From contig NC_058373.1 in the NCBI RefSeq assembly GCF_018350175.1, positions 134,416,001-134,480,000 of the forward strand: a DNA stretch of 64,000 nt, written 5' to 3'. This document shows positions 40,443 through 52,772 of this stretch, one piece after another. Numbering within the stretch: position 1 is the stretch's first letter; each line of letters begins with the position of its first letter. Made by a program: the position numbers and the translations under genes. This stretch comes from Felis catus. Taxonomy: Eukaryota. The notes under the pieces are model-generated. The model was given only the letters and a program-made list of their open reading frames with translations. It made no database searches and was not told the DNA's origin.

Positions 40443-42529
40443 AGAAGAACATCTTGCTCTGGTCCAAGTGTGTACATGCTGTCGTGGACTGAGTGGGGCA
40501 GGTGTCTGTTTTACACCTGGCTTTTGGGGAGTGCATCTGTCTTCCAGAATGCACTCATGGTCCTCCATGCCTTGCACACTCGTGGACTGCCTCACTTTTA
40601 CATTCATTAGCTAATTCACTGAATGAGTATTTACTGAGCCTAGGTCTATTCCAGGCAGTGTGCTAGGGTCGGGGATGTGATGATGGTGAGTGAACACACA
40701 CTCCTGGTGGAGACGGGCATTTATCAACCACCCTCACGAGTGAGCTCAGTCAGGAACGGCGCTGTGGGCGGGCACAGGGAAAGCTCCAAGTAAACGTTTC
40801 CTGAATGAACGTACAGGAGAGATGGAATACTGCAAAGCCAGCAGCCGGTCATCATAAATTCCATCTCCCATCCGGAAGCAGAGAGGAAAGATGCAGGAAG
40901 TGGGACGGTGCTGTGCGCTCCCAGCCAGGACCACAGGCCCAAGGGAAAACCACGGGTTGAGCCACAGGATAGGCCCATCTCTCGGCAGACTGCCCAGGTA
41001 CAGCCCAGGCCTGCAGCGGTAGGAAAGGCCTTTGCTCCAACAGTCACACTGCACTCGCCTGGCCATTAAGACCCAGGAAAACGAGGCCAGACGTTGGGCC
41101 TGGAACAGAACTGCTCCAGGCAGGCAGGCTGGCTGGCTACTCTGGCTGCAGCTTCACGCACACATGAGCCGCCCCTCCATTAGCATCGCCACCACCTCCC
41201 TCTGCACAGAGGGGCTCTCACCCCGTGTCTAAGACACTGGTCTTTGCTTTCAGCCAGAAAAATAAAGAGAAACAGAAGCCATGACAAAGCACCCCCACCT
41301 GAAAAAGCAAGCTCATCTCATCTCACACCACCCACCCAGAGCTTCCTCTAAAGAGTAGAGGGCTCACGGTGGCTGCCGAGGGCTGGCACCAGCAGGCAGG
41401 GAACAGAGCACCTTCGACAGGCACAGGTGTGTCAAAGGGCCCCTAAATCCACTCCTGGGAAGTGGGGTCGCCACAGAGGGCAGGCCGAGAGGTGACGTTA
41501 TGCCTCCACAGTGGAGTCCCTGAGCTTGTGGGGCTGCTGTGAAAATTACAGCACATGTCTACGGGTGCTGATTAACTCTGGCATCCACAGGCACCATCCT
41601 AACTCCATGAGCCAGCGGAGTTCAGAGGAGTTAGGTGATGCCCAGGTTACCTGCGGGTGAGTGGAGTGTGGGACCCAACGCCAATTCCTTGGAATCCTGA
41701 CACCAATGTGAGATCCTGCTGACCTTTTAGAATCCACAGGACTCTCGGTACAGTCATTATGCACCTTGCGGTGCTAGAAACCATGGAGCTGGGGGCGGTT
41801 ACATGACAGATCCCTGAGAATTACAGTCATCTGGGAGTAATGAAGACCTGAAAACAGTGAAGCCCTAGGTGTCAGGGACCTGGGCACTGCGAAGCATTCC
41901 AGGCAGTGGGCAGGAGGGAGCTTCTGAGAAAGGCATGCTGCCCCCTCGTTCAAGGAGGGCTTCCCAGAAGTGGCACTCAATCCTGACCTCAGAGCCATGC
42001 CTGGCTGGAGGGGAGGCTGGGGATTCTTTTATTAAGGAAGAAGGGGGAGAGTGGACAGGAGCTGGGGGATAATCTGCCACATAAGACAGGCGATAAAACA
42101 CGACCTCTGGCCTCATGGAAATTACCGTCTCGTTAGAAATATACACACATGTGGAGATGATTAGTGGGTGAGGCCACCTATAACAAGACACTTTGACACA
42201 CAGGAAACAAGTGGTTAAGGCAGAACAGAGCCATGGGCCGTGGAGGTTGCTACAGCCAGCAGGCATTAGTGGAAGAGGGAGGCCTGAACTGCAAGGGGGG
42301 CAAGAGAGAGGCAGGGGGAAGGCAGCTCTGGAAAAGCAGATCGCTCCCCCCCTCCCTGTGAACACTGGGCCATCACAGCCTTTGCTAAAACTAACTTGGC
42401 AGTGGGGGATGGGGGGGGGGGGGCAAGCTGGACCTAACAGGCACAGAACTAGGTTAATTATTAAACATAATCCTTGGCTCATGACACTCATCTGTGGTCA
42501 CACATGGCTCGCTTTCATTCAGTTACTTT

Positions 42530-43215
42530 TTTTTACTCTGGTTTCTCTTCAGATCGTATAAAACATTCAGTTACTTTTTACAATGTAATAACCACCTGCA
42601 AACCCACCACCCCAACACAGGCTATGATCTTGACAATAACCTCCATCTAACCAGATGGTTCCCCCATCCCACCTCCACCCCCCCCTTCTATCCAAGATAT
42701 CACCATCTTGGATCACAAGTGCACATTCCCTTGCTCTCTTTTTTACAGCTTTACTTCATCTGTAAATATTCCTAAAAAGCACATTTAGTTGCTTTTTAAC
42801 TTTAGAAGAAAAGGAATGATGGTGTATGTAATCTTTGAGAGCATATGCTCTTTTCACCTAATATTTATGATATTGCTAAAATTCATCTACATCACTGCAC
42901 GTTGCTGCAGTTAATTTGTTTGGACAGCTGTATAATATTCCATTGTGTGGTCACATCTCCGTGTATTCATCCGTTCCCCTACTGATGGGCATCTGGGCTG
43001 TTTCCAGGTTTTTGCTGTTGTGAACAGAAATGCTGTGAATATCCTTGTACAAGTCTCCCAGAGTTCACGCGCCAGAGACTCTCTTGGGTATACACCTAGG
43101 CATAAAATGAGCTGGGCCATCAGGTATGTGGATGCTGAACTTTTGCCATTAATGCCAGTCTGTTTTCCAAAGTAACTGCACCAATCTGCACTCCCTCCAG
43201 CAGAGGATGAGAAAC
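42530..43215 (-). mobile_element. Ancient L1M (L1ME/MB-like) 3' region
   Basis: TATTCCATTGTGTG...GATGGGCATCTGGGCTGTTTCCAGGTTTTTGCTGTTGTGAACAG. The minus-strand ORF reads like the degenerate L1 ORF2 C-terminus (RIFTAFLFTTAKTWKQPRCPS...MEYYTAV). Confidence 0.85.
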
Positions 43216-45339
43216 AGAATAGCCAACACTGGCCACACAACAAGAGTTCACCAGTTCTCTCCCAGTTGCCTCATGTCAGACTGGGAGCAAACACCGACCC
43301 AGCACCACCACTTACTACGTGCAAGAGCCAGGTCCTGACCCATCAGCAGCCGGACTCTAAAATCCCGTGTTCCCAACCACAAAGACCTCCCCACTTGACA
43401 GGCCAACTCCCGCCAGAGGGAAAAGGCTGGAAGAGCAAGGATTACATCTAAGACACCTCAACAGGATCAAGTTCAGGGTCAAGGGCTGAAACACAGACAC
43501 ACCAGGCCAGTCTGTATAGGATCCTACCTTTGTCACCCAGGGCCAGGGATGAGCTGTTGCCAAGTCTGACTGGTCTTCAATGGCCGACATTTTCTCACTC
43601 TGTCATCCACCGCCCTTGACTCTTAAACTGCCTCAATGCAAGCCCACCAGACGAGGTGGCAGATGGGGCCACATAAGTATTGGCTCCTTGAGCTTGCCTC
43701 CTTCTACTCCATCCCAGCTCCCGCTCTCATTCTTGGCTCCAGGGACAAGTGACAGTGATGGCTCTCCATGGCCAGGTCAGGTACCTACACTGGTGCCTGG
43801 GCCCTCCACTGGAGTGCCTCATTTGTTCCCACTTCCAGTCATTTCCAGTGGGCCTGCCTGAAATCAACACATAAAAAACTGAATCTTCTTGGGCAGTAGT
43901 TAAGTTACTGGAGAAAGGGTCCACCCTGCAAACATGTGAGTGAAGGCCAAAGGGTCTGGGGTTGAATATAAGTGTCGTGGGACATCAGAACGAGATGAGA
44001 TGGTGGGGACTGGACAAACCCACTATTGGAAAGGACCTCCATGCTATGCCACGAGGACTCACCTTCCAGCTTCAAGTTGTCATCCTGACACTAGCAGCAC
44101 CCCCCCAAAGTCATTTCCTCACGTTTGTTTTGTCTTCACACATAGATGCTCAATAAATACTTGTCCAATAGAAACAAAACTCTCATTGCTATTTATACAA
44201 GAGCACCCAAAAAATCTTTGTCAAATGCTATGGATAGAATTCTGGTCATCTTGGGGTGGTTAACTCTTCTGCAACTTTTTGGAAAGCATTACACAGGGAA
44301 GCACACCTGCTTCAACATGCAGCAGAAGCAAGGACATAAGAGCAAAGTGCCAATGTGGCATCAGACATGCCTCTCAAAGCGGGCAGACCAGTTTAATGCA
44401 AAAGCACCCAAAATTACATGCAAGCCAAAAAGTTTCCAGAAGAATCCTATTATACATACGCTTTTACAACATGGTTATTGTGCAAATTTTCAAAAGTAGA
44501 TAAAAGGAGACAAAAACAGTACAATAAGCCCTACGTACCCAGCAGCCAGCAAGATCAGCTTCATATGTCATTTTTCCCTTTGCTATAAAATTATTTTCAC
44601 ACAACCTCCAGCATCACATCATCTCAGCCCTCCATCAGAATGTTTCTCTAAAGATCACTGGCATTTTCTTACATAACCACAATTACATGCTATTTTCTTT
44701 TTCCTACGTGCGTCTTAAAATGAAGCGCTCTGTATGTTTCTAGAGTCCAGCCAGGAAGTGAGAGAGAGGGGAGGCGGGAGGAGGGGGGAAGGAGCAGGGA
44801 GAGCGTGGATACAGGTTTCATGTGAGACCTGCAGTATGCTCTAGGGAGGGGTTTCCCCATGTGCACGCCCCATGCAGATTTGTTTCTTCCATGACTCTAA
44901 CCACTGACTAAGGAGCATGTGAGACTGGGGGGCTGAGGACATGGAAGGGTGTAGTAACACGGGGAGAAGTTAAAGGTTTAAGGACTTTCTCTGTGGGGAG
45001 TTTGAGTCTCCCATCCCCCGCCTATCCCAGGAAGGGGGCCTGTGACCCACCAGACCCGTTGCACATTACCAAAGGGGTCGCATGGAGAGGAGGGACCCCA
45101 AGTCTCAAAAACACCAGAGCCCAGGTCCCGGAGACACAGCAGGTGCGGCAAACCAGCTGGCCAACATGGAAACAATCTTTTGGGCCTAGGGTTTTATCTT
45201 CTCCGCATTTCTCTACACCCATGAAGTTACACATTCCTCCTGCTACTGAAGGTCAAGGCTTTTTTTTTTTTCTCCCCAGAATAAAAAACTCTTTTATTGA
45301 ACTGGGAGAAGGATAAACACGGGGAGTCTTTATTTGATG

Positions 45340-46350
<1,011 letters not shown>

Positions 46351-46584
46351 CGACTGCACAATTAATTGCCTTTGTCCCAATCAGGCCTCTACTACAAGAC
46401 CCAGCTCACTCCCCTCTCTGGTCCAAGCCCACCCCCAGATCTCCTTTCTGATTCCTTTTTTCAGTGGATTTTCTTAACAGCCCATTTCATCAGGGTTAGT
46501 CTGCTATCTTCTCCTGTTTCACATCTGCACGTCTGGCCTCTCCAGCTAGGATAGGTTCTTCCATGTCTGGGCAGCAGAAAGAGC

Positions 46585-46700
46585 ACAGAGCTGAGGTTCA
46601 CAGCAGCCTTGGGTTCTAGTTCCAGACTCACCATTAAACACAGAGATCATACCTTCTCGGGGCCTCGGTTTCTTCATGTGTAAAATGAAGCCATGCAGGG
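46585..46700 (+). mobile_element. MIR relic (representative of several)
   Basis: GGGCCTCGGTTTCTTCATGTGTAAAATG MIR core. Similar cores lie at about 6200, 24330, 50120, 51160 and 62485. Confidence 0.7.
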
Positions 46701-48520
46701 AACAGCACTGTCCTCCTCCTCCTCCCTCCATGGCAGACATACTACAGAAGGAAGCCCTCTTTCCCACAGATCCAGGCCTCCCGGCCCTTCTGCACACAGT
46801 TCTCTGCGCGGCCACACCTGCTCCATCTGTACCTCAGCGCGAGCTCATCCGCCACTCCCTGGGCTAGATGGTCTCCAAGCACGCTGTAAATACAGTGGGC
46901 CCCACAACAGAGCACCCAGAGAAGATCATGCAAAAAGCGGGAACAGGAGATCCTCCCTGACAGTGTTTGGACTCTGAAATGGCCACCTCTGGTGGGAATA
47001 ATGGACTCTGAAGTTCTCCAGATGAAGGCCCTTACAAGGCGGTCTCATCTCCAGCTCAGCTCTGCCTCCACCGTGTTCGAAGGAATCTTAACGCCAAGCT
47101 CCTCCAGCAGGGGTGAGGTCGGCTATCTCTCCACCAGCCTCGGGGCCCAGGGCCGAGCCCAATTCATGCTGCGCCCTAAGGAAATCATCCAGCAGTTGAG
47201 AGAGAGGGCAGAGAAGAGACACAGCCGCCAAGGTGGAGAGATAAAACCTCGTCTCATGTCAGCCTGAGAAGGGCGCGAGGCATGAGTGGAAGCCCCTAGG
47301 GGTCACACAGACTGTCTGGTCTCCTACAGAAAACCCAGGGGGAGACCACAGCCGTTCCGACATGAAGCACAGACTTGTCCACACAAAGTTTAAATCCTGA
47401 TTTATCAGGACACATGGCCTCTTCTGACTGTGCCTCTTTCAATACTCGTGCCATAGAAGGGAAAGGAGGTGGCCGCACCTGTCCCTTACCCCCGAGCCCT
47501 CAGGGAGAGAATGAAGTCCTCACACCTGAACTCACTGCCCTCCACCCTCCCAGGCTGGGGGCATTCTCCTTCATCCCAGCTTCTAGTACTACTGACAACA
47601 GCCTCTAAGGGCAGGTTGAGATCGGCTGAGGGACCTCCAGGGTCTGGCTCCCACGCTTCACTGCCCCTCCTTTGGCAGCACCCGACACGCTCCCAAGCCC
47701 CAGGGCCTTCTTGCCAAACCTCGCAAAAAGCTTAAAAGCCCACAGCTGCCTGCAGGAGCCCGCTTCTCCTCACCATCAGCCCAGAGTACCGCAGCTCTGG
47801 AGCACTACAGCTGGGAGCAGTCAGGTGGACAGAAAGCCTCGTCTCCCAAGGGGTCTGTCTGAAGCCCAGGCCTGCCTGCTCCAGTGGGGGGTCCTGCGGG
47901 CAAAGGGCCCCAGGCAAGACTGGCTTTGATGATCAAGCCCTTCCCCCCACAACGCCTAGGAAAGGGAAGGCCCTCCCTCATTCTGCTTGTGCACTCAAGT
48001 GTTAAGGAGCAGGAGGAAGAGGGGGTGGGGGAGGCGGCCAGGAGCCAGGGTCATTTGGCCTCCTCAAAGGTCCGCCAGTAACTTATTAAGCTTCCCCATC
48101 CTTATTCGCACTGAGGATCCCCACGGAAGTATCAGTTTACTCTGCAAAACCAGTTCCTGCTGCTTAAAGACCGAGCTTGGTGAATGGCAGTGGGAAACCA
48201 GACACCCCTGGGAACAACACTGTTCTGGGGGAAATGAAGCGCTGGGAAAAGACACAGCACTCCCACAGGTTATAAACCATTTTACCGTCAGCTGCGCGCT
48301 CCGACAGGGAGCTGGGGCCACCAATGGAGAGGATGTACCACCGAAATGTGATCACCTCAAACTCTAGTAGGAGACCCATCTTTCTCACAGTGAGACAGTG
48401 AAACACATTTACTTGTGTGTGTCAACCTTTCCAGTAACAGGTGACCGTGAAGCCGCAGAAAGGCTGCGTCTCTCTATTTCCAATTTGAAGACCAATTCTG
48501 CACCCCATGTGAGGGAAGGC

Positions 48521-48675
48521 CTTCTGGAGCACCACGCGTGCGGACCACAGTGCACTGGTGCATCCTGGGGAGACGTTCCGGGAGCACCACACCTGGGGAC
48601 CATGATGCACTGGTGCATCCTGGGGAGACGTTCCGGGAGCACCACACCTGGGGATCATGATGCTCTAGTGCATCC
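48521..48675. repeat. 55-bp minisatellite, about 2.8 copies
   Basis: Unit TGCACTGGTGCATCCTGGGGAGACGTTCCGGGAGCACCACACCTGGGGA(C/T)CATGA starts at 48551 and 48606, with partial diverged copies on both sides. Confidence 0.95.
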
Positions 48676-50695
48676 AGTAAGACTAAGGTGAGAGAATCAG
48701 TGCATCGAAATCCAAACCCTGAGGATCATCCAAATATTCTCAGGAGGAAAACACCCTGCCTTTCACTACTCTGCTGTGAACTAAGCGCTAGCACATGGGA
48801 GAGAGGGCAGCTCACTATTCCTCCACCACACACCTTGGAACCCCTTCAGCCACACTCTCCTGTGCTTTGGCTGCTCCACTGGCCGGCTGGTGAATCAGGC
48901 TCATCAGTGTGGTGCTAACAAGTCACATGGGGAATCTGGGCTCTGCGATCCTCACTTCCCTTCCTGCCTGGTCACGGCCCACGTGCATCCAGGCCCTCTG
49001 TATCCTCGGTCACCAGAGAACCCCAGAGGAGGACACGCGGCTGAATCTAGTGACGCCTCACACCCTGCTCCCCAAACCCACAGTACAGGGGCCACCACCC
49101 ACCCAGCATCAAAGGGCAATATGGTGCCTACTCTCCAAACTTTTCCTTTGTTCTCTTTCAAAGTTACTGCTCCCCACGAAACACTGCAGTGTGATCACTG
49201 AGATCCCCGAGAGCCTTTTCCAGTGAACCACGTGGTAAGACCAGCACCCACAAATTCTCCCTTTCTGACAGACAAGGCCCACCAGGGCACAGTGCCCCAG
49301 GCTGGTATTGCTTTGAGGTTTAGGTTCAAGGGTCTGCAAGATGCCAAAGCATCAGAACTCCAGGTGAAAAGTGGTTTGTCGGCCAGGGTTTATCTATAGG
49401 ATTCTGAATACTTCTAACAATCTAAGAAAACAAGAAGCCTACCAACGAATGTCACCCAACCAGAGCCCCAACATGCCTTCCCCCATCTCTCCCGCATGCG
49501 GCATTCTCCTGCCCAAACAAGGAACCTTAACACAAGAAATGCCCCCCGTGGCTGCGCTCGCCACCACGCCCTCCCCATCAGGCCTGTGGCCCAGACCACC
49601 ACCAGCTCTGAAAGCCAGCAGTCTCTTGGCAGCATTATGAAGTTGGGAGCCTCCTGCAGCCTCAATAAGAAAGGGAGCCAGTGCATGGGGACCAGCAAGG
49701 TGTCAGGCATCTTTCAACTTGCCCAGCCCTCCAAGGTGGGGGGCTTCCATCCCTACATGGCCCCCTAGGAAACCCGTGCTTGGAGATGGGCTTCAGGTCA
49801 CCAGGTGGTGGATGGCTTTGAAGCCAGAAGGTGGTACCATTCCTGGGAAGTTCAGGGTGTGCCCAAGGGGGTCTGGATATTCTGGAGTATTAAAAGCCCA
49901 TTTTTGTCACGGGGCACAGAGCTTGCTACTTATGACACAACTCTACCCACCTTCCCCATCGCCTAGAAAACCGATCCACGTGCATTTTTATTTCAGAGGC
50001 CATGAAGCACAGAAGACAGCACCGTACCAGGAACAGAAAGATCAGGTTTCCGATGTCAGGTCTGACACCCACGAGCTGTCTGTGACCCTGAGTAAGCCAC
50101 TTAGGAACAGAAACGAAGCCAAGGCCTCATCTCCTCATCTGTAAAATGGGGGTCATAATACCTGAACCACCCACCTCATACTTTTTATAGATCTTCTGAT
50201 GAGTGTTCTCTATCCTACGATGAACCTACAATTAAAGTGAATGCAGCCAGCACACTCCTGCCAGAACAGGATTCGTGTATATTTGCACATGCATGCACAC
50301 ACACACACATCCTCATCATGATCACATCTTGACTGCTCATTGCCCTGGTGGCTGACAGTTTGTCCTAGAGGCCAATCTGTTTTCTGCCCATACAGCCTGC
50401 GTGGCACATCATGGTGTGGGGCGTTGACTGTTCAGACCAAAGGGAACCCTCACCAATTCCCCAGTAGGCTGGCACCCTTTCTCCTCACACCCAGCACTGG
50501 AATGACCTGAGGGATCCAGAGGGCCAGTCTAGCCCCTCAGACCACCTCAGGGGCCTTAGATCTCTACCTACAGCACCTCTGCCAGAGAAGGGAGCCAGAC
50601 CCCAATGCAATAGACTGGGCTGGGCACCCTCCACCATCAGATGCAAGGACGGTGATTGCCACTTCTATACGAAGTGCCAGGCACTCTTCTGAGTA

Positions 50696-51092
50696 TTTAT
50701 TATTTATATTCTTTTTTGGAGAGAGAGAAAGACAATGTGAGCACGAGCAGGAGAGGGGCAGCAGGAAAGGGAGAGAGAATTTTTTTTTTTTTTTTTTTTT
50801 TTTAGTTTCATATCTTGACAGAGCAGGGGAGGGGCAGAGAGAGAATTCCAAACAGGCTCCATGCTGTCAGCATGAAGCCCAGTGTGGGGCTCGAACTCAC
50901 CAACAACGAGATCACGACCTGAGCTGAAGTCGGACGCTTAACTGACAGAGCCACCCAGGCGCCCTGGGAGGGACAGAATCTCAAGCAGGCTCCACGCCCA
51001 GTACAGAGCCTGACTTGGAGCTCAATCTCACCACGTCGAGATCATGACCTGAGCCGAAATCAAGCTCAGGTCATAACTGAGTGAGTGCCCCC
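50696..51092 (-). mobile_element. Outer Can-SINE, split by a nested SINE
   Basis: Tail half at 50696-50779 and head half at about 50975-51092; flanks ctgagtattta / ctgagtgtttt. Confidence 0.88.
50780..50964 (-). mobile_element. Inner (nested) Can-SINE
   Basis: Long poly-T, complete body and head ...GCCACCCAGGCGCCC, flanked by duplicated ...gagagagaat / ...gggacagaat. Confidence 0.93.
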
Positions 51093-52573
51093 CTGAGTGT
51101 TTTAAATATACTGACTTATTTATCCTCAGTCCAATCTTGTTAGGATTCTCAGTTAACAAATGAGGAAACTGAGGCATGAACACGCAGAACAACAAGCCCA
51201 AGGTGATATCAGCTTTTAGTGCAATCATTCACATCAAATCAAAATGTGCGGCCTCGAACACAAGGGCCTGTGCTGGAAAAGAAAATAAACTACATGGTTG
51301 GAAACAGAAAAGGTTTACGCAAAGATCATTTAACTTGCTTGTGAAGTCTGCCATCAGAGAGTTTCGGCTCTGAAGCTGGTGAAGGTGCCGCCTTGGCCTG
51401 GTTACATTACTGAACCTCTCAGCCCCTCAGGTCCTGCATCTGCAGAACCAGGGGTACTGTGAGAGCAGTGGGCACACAGTAGGTACTCAGCAGAGGGAGG
51501 GTCTTCTGAGAGGAAGCCAGCTGGAGCTCAGTAGTAGTGACTGGGGGGCAGTGAGCACCCAGGATTTTCTGCAAAAGCTTTTTTAGAGGAGAAGGAGCTA
51601 GATGGGAGTAAAGCATCCGCCACCCTTTGGACGGAATAACCCCTTCAGATGGTTAAAGCTCAAAGAGGGATAATCACACCATGTGGCCACCAAAACAGAA
51701 ACAATACGCTTGCCTAAGAACAACCTCCAAGGTCTCTACCAACAGCAGGTCGGGGCTCTAAGACAAGCCAGTTCTGGTTCAAAGGGCCCTGTGTTGAGAA
51801 GGTAAGCCCCTGGAGGCTATGCACAGTCTCCTGCTTTAAGAGCTCAGTGCTTTCCTGAGAGCCTCGCTGGGGAGAATGGGGAGGAGACAGAGGAGGCAGT
51901 CGCCAGCCTGGGAGGCCTGGCCAAGTGGCTCAGGCCATGTTTCCAGCTCCACTGTGTCCTCTCCCAGAAACCCGCGCAGGCCAAGCCTCCTGAGCAGCAC
52001 ACACTGTAGGAATCACTCTCTAGACAAAACCACCCTGGCACAGGGCTGACGGCTGCCGCACACATGGGAGAGAGCTCACTTTCTGGCTCCCCCAAAGTTC
52101 CAAAGCCAGGTGCAAACTGAAACACCCAAGCCATCCTGCCCTGTCTTGTTGGGCTGGAGAAAGGCACCGGGAAGCACACTCAGGCCTTCTCAGGTCGATC
52201 TGTCTACACCAAGTACACAGGCTCCCCAGTGCTGCTCCGGCAACTTTCCACAGCCTCACCAAGATCCCAGGCTCATGCCTGATGGGGAAACAGGGATAGG
52301 AGATGAGACAGCAATCTTGGGAGAAGGGAGCCAAGACGGACTCAGCTGCCCGCTGCCGCTGCCTCCGAATCACAGAAGGGACAAAAGGAAACCACTCAAA
52401 GGCCCTGTGTTTGTTTCCCATTTGCTAAAGGAGGAGCGAGGAGCAGGCGGAATAGGATTAGTGGTTCTCAGCCTGGCTGCGCATCACAATCATCTGATTA
52501 CAAGCATCCAAGAGAGCTTTTAAACAACACTGACACCCAAGCCCACGTAGGCCAGTTAAAAGCCAAATCTCCC

Positions 52574-52772
52574 GGGGGTGCCTGGGTGGCTCAGTTGGTT
52601 AGGTTAGGCGTCCGACTTCAGCTCAGGTCATGAACTCACAGTCTGTGAGTTCGAGCCTGTGACGGGCTCTGTGCTGACAGCTCAGAGCCTGGAGCCTGCT
52701 TCAGATTGTGTCTCCCTCTCTCTGCTCATCATCTGTCTCTGTCTCAAAAATAAATAAGAAAATTTAAAAAAA
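52574..52772 (+). mobile_element. SINEC_Fc-type Can-SINE inserted in a MER5A-like relic
   Basis: Exact TSD aaaagccaaatctc (52558-52571 / 52773-52786). The host begins AGTGGTTCTCAGCCTGGCTGC at about 52460. Confidence 0.95.

Noticed and set aside
42911-43243. ORF with L1 ORF2-like residues as a domesticated gene
   Set aside because: A short degenerate remnant of an ancient L1M 3' region with no intact domain.
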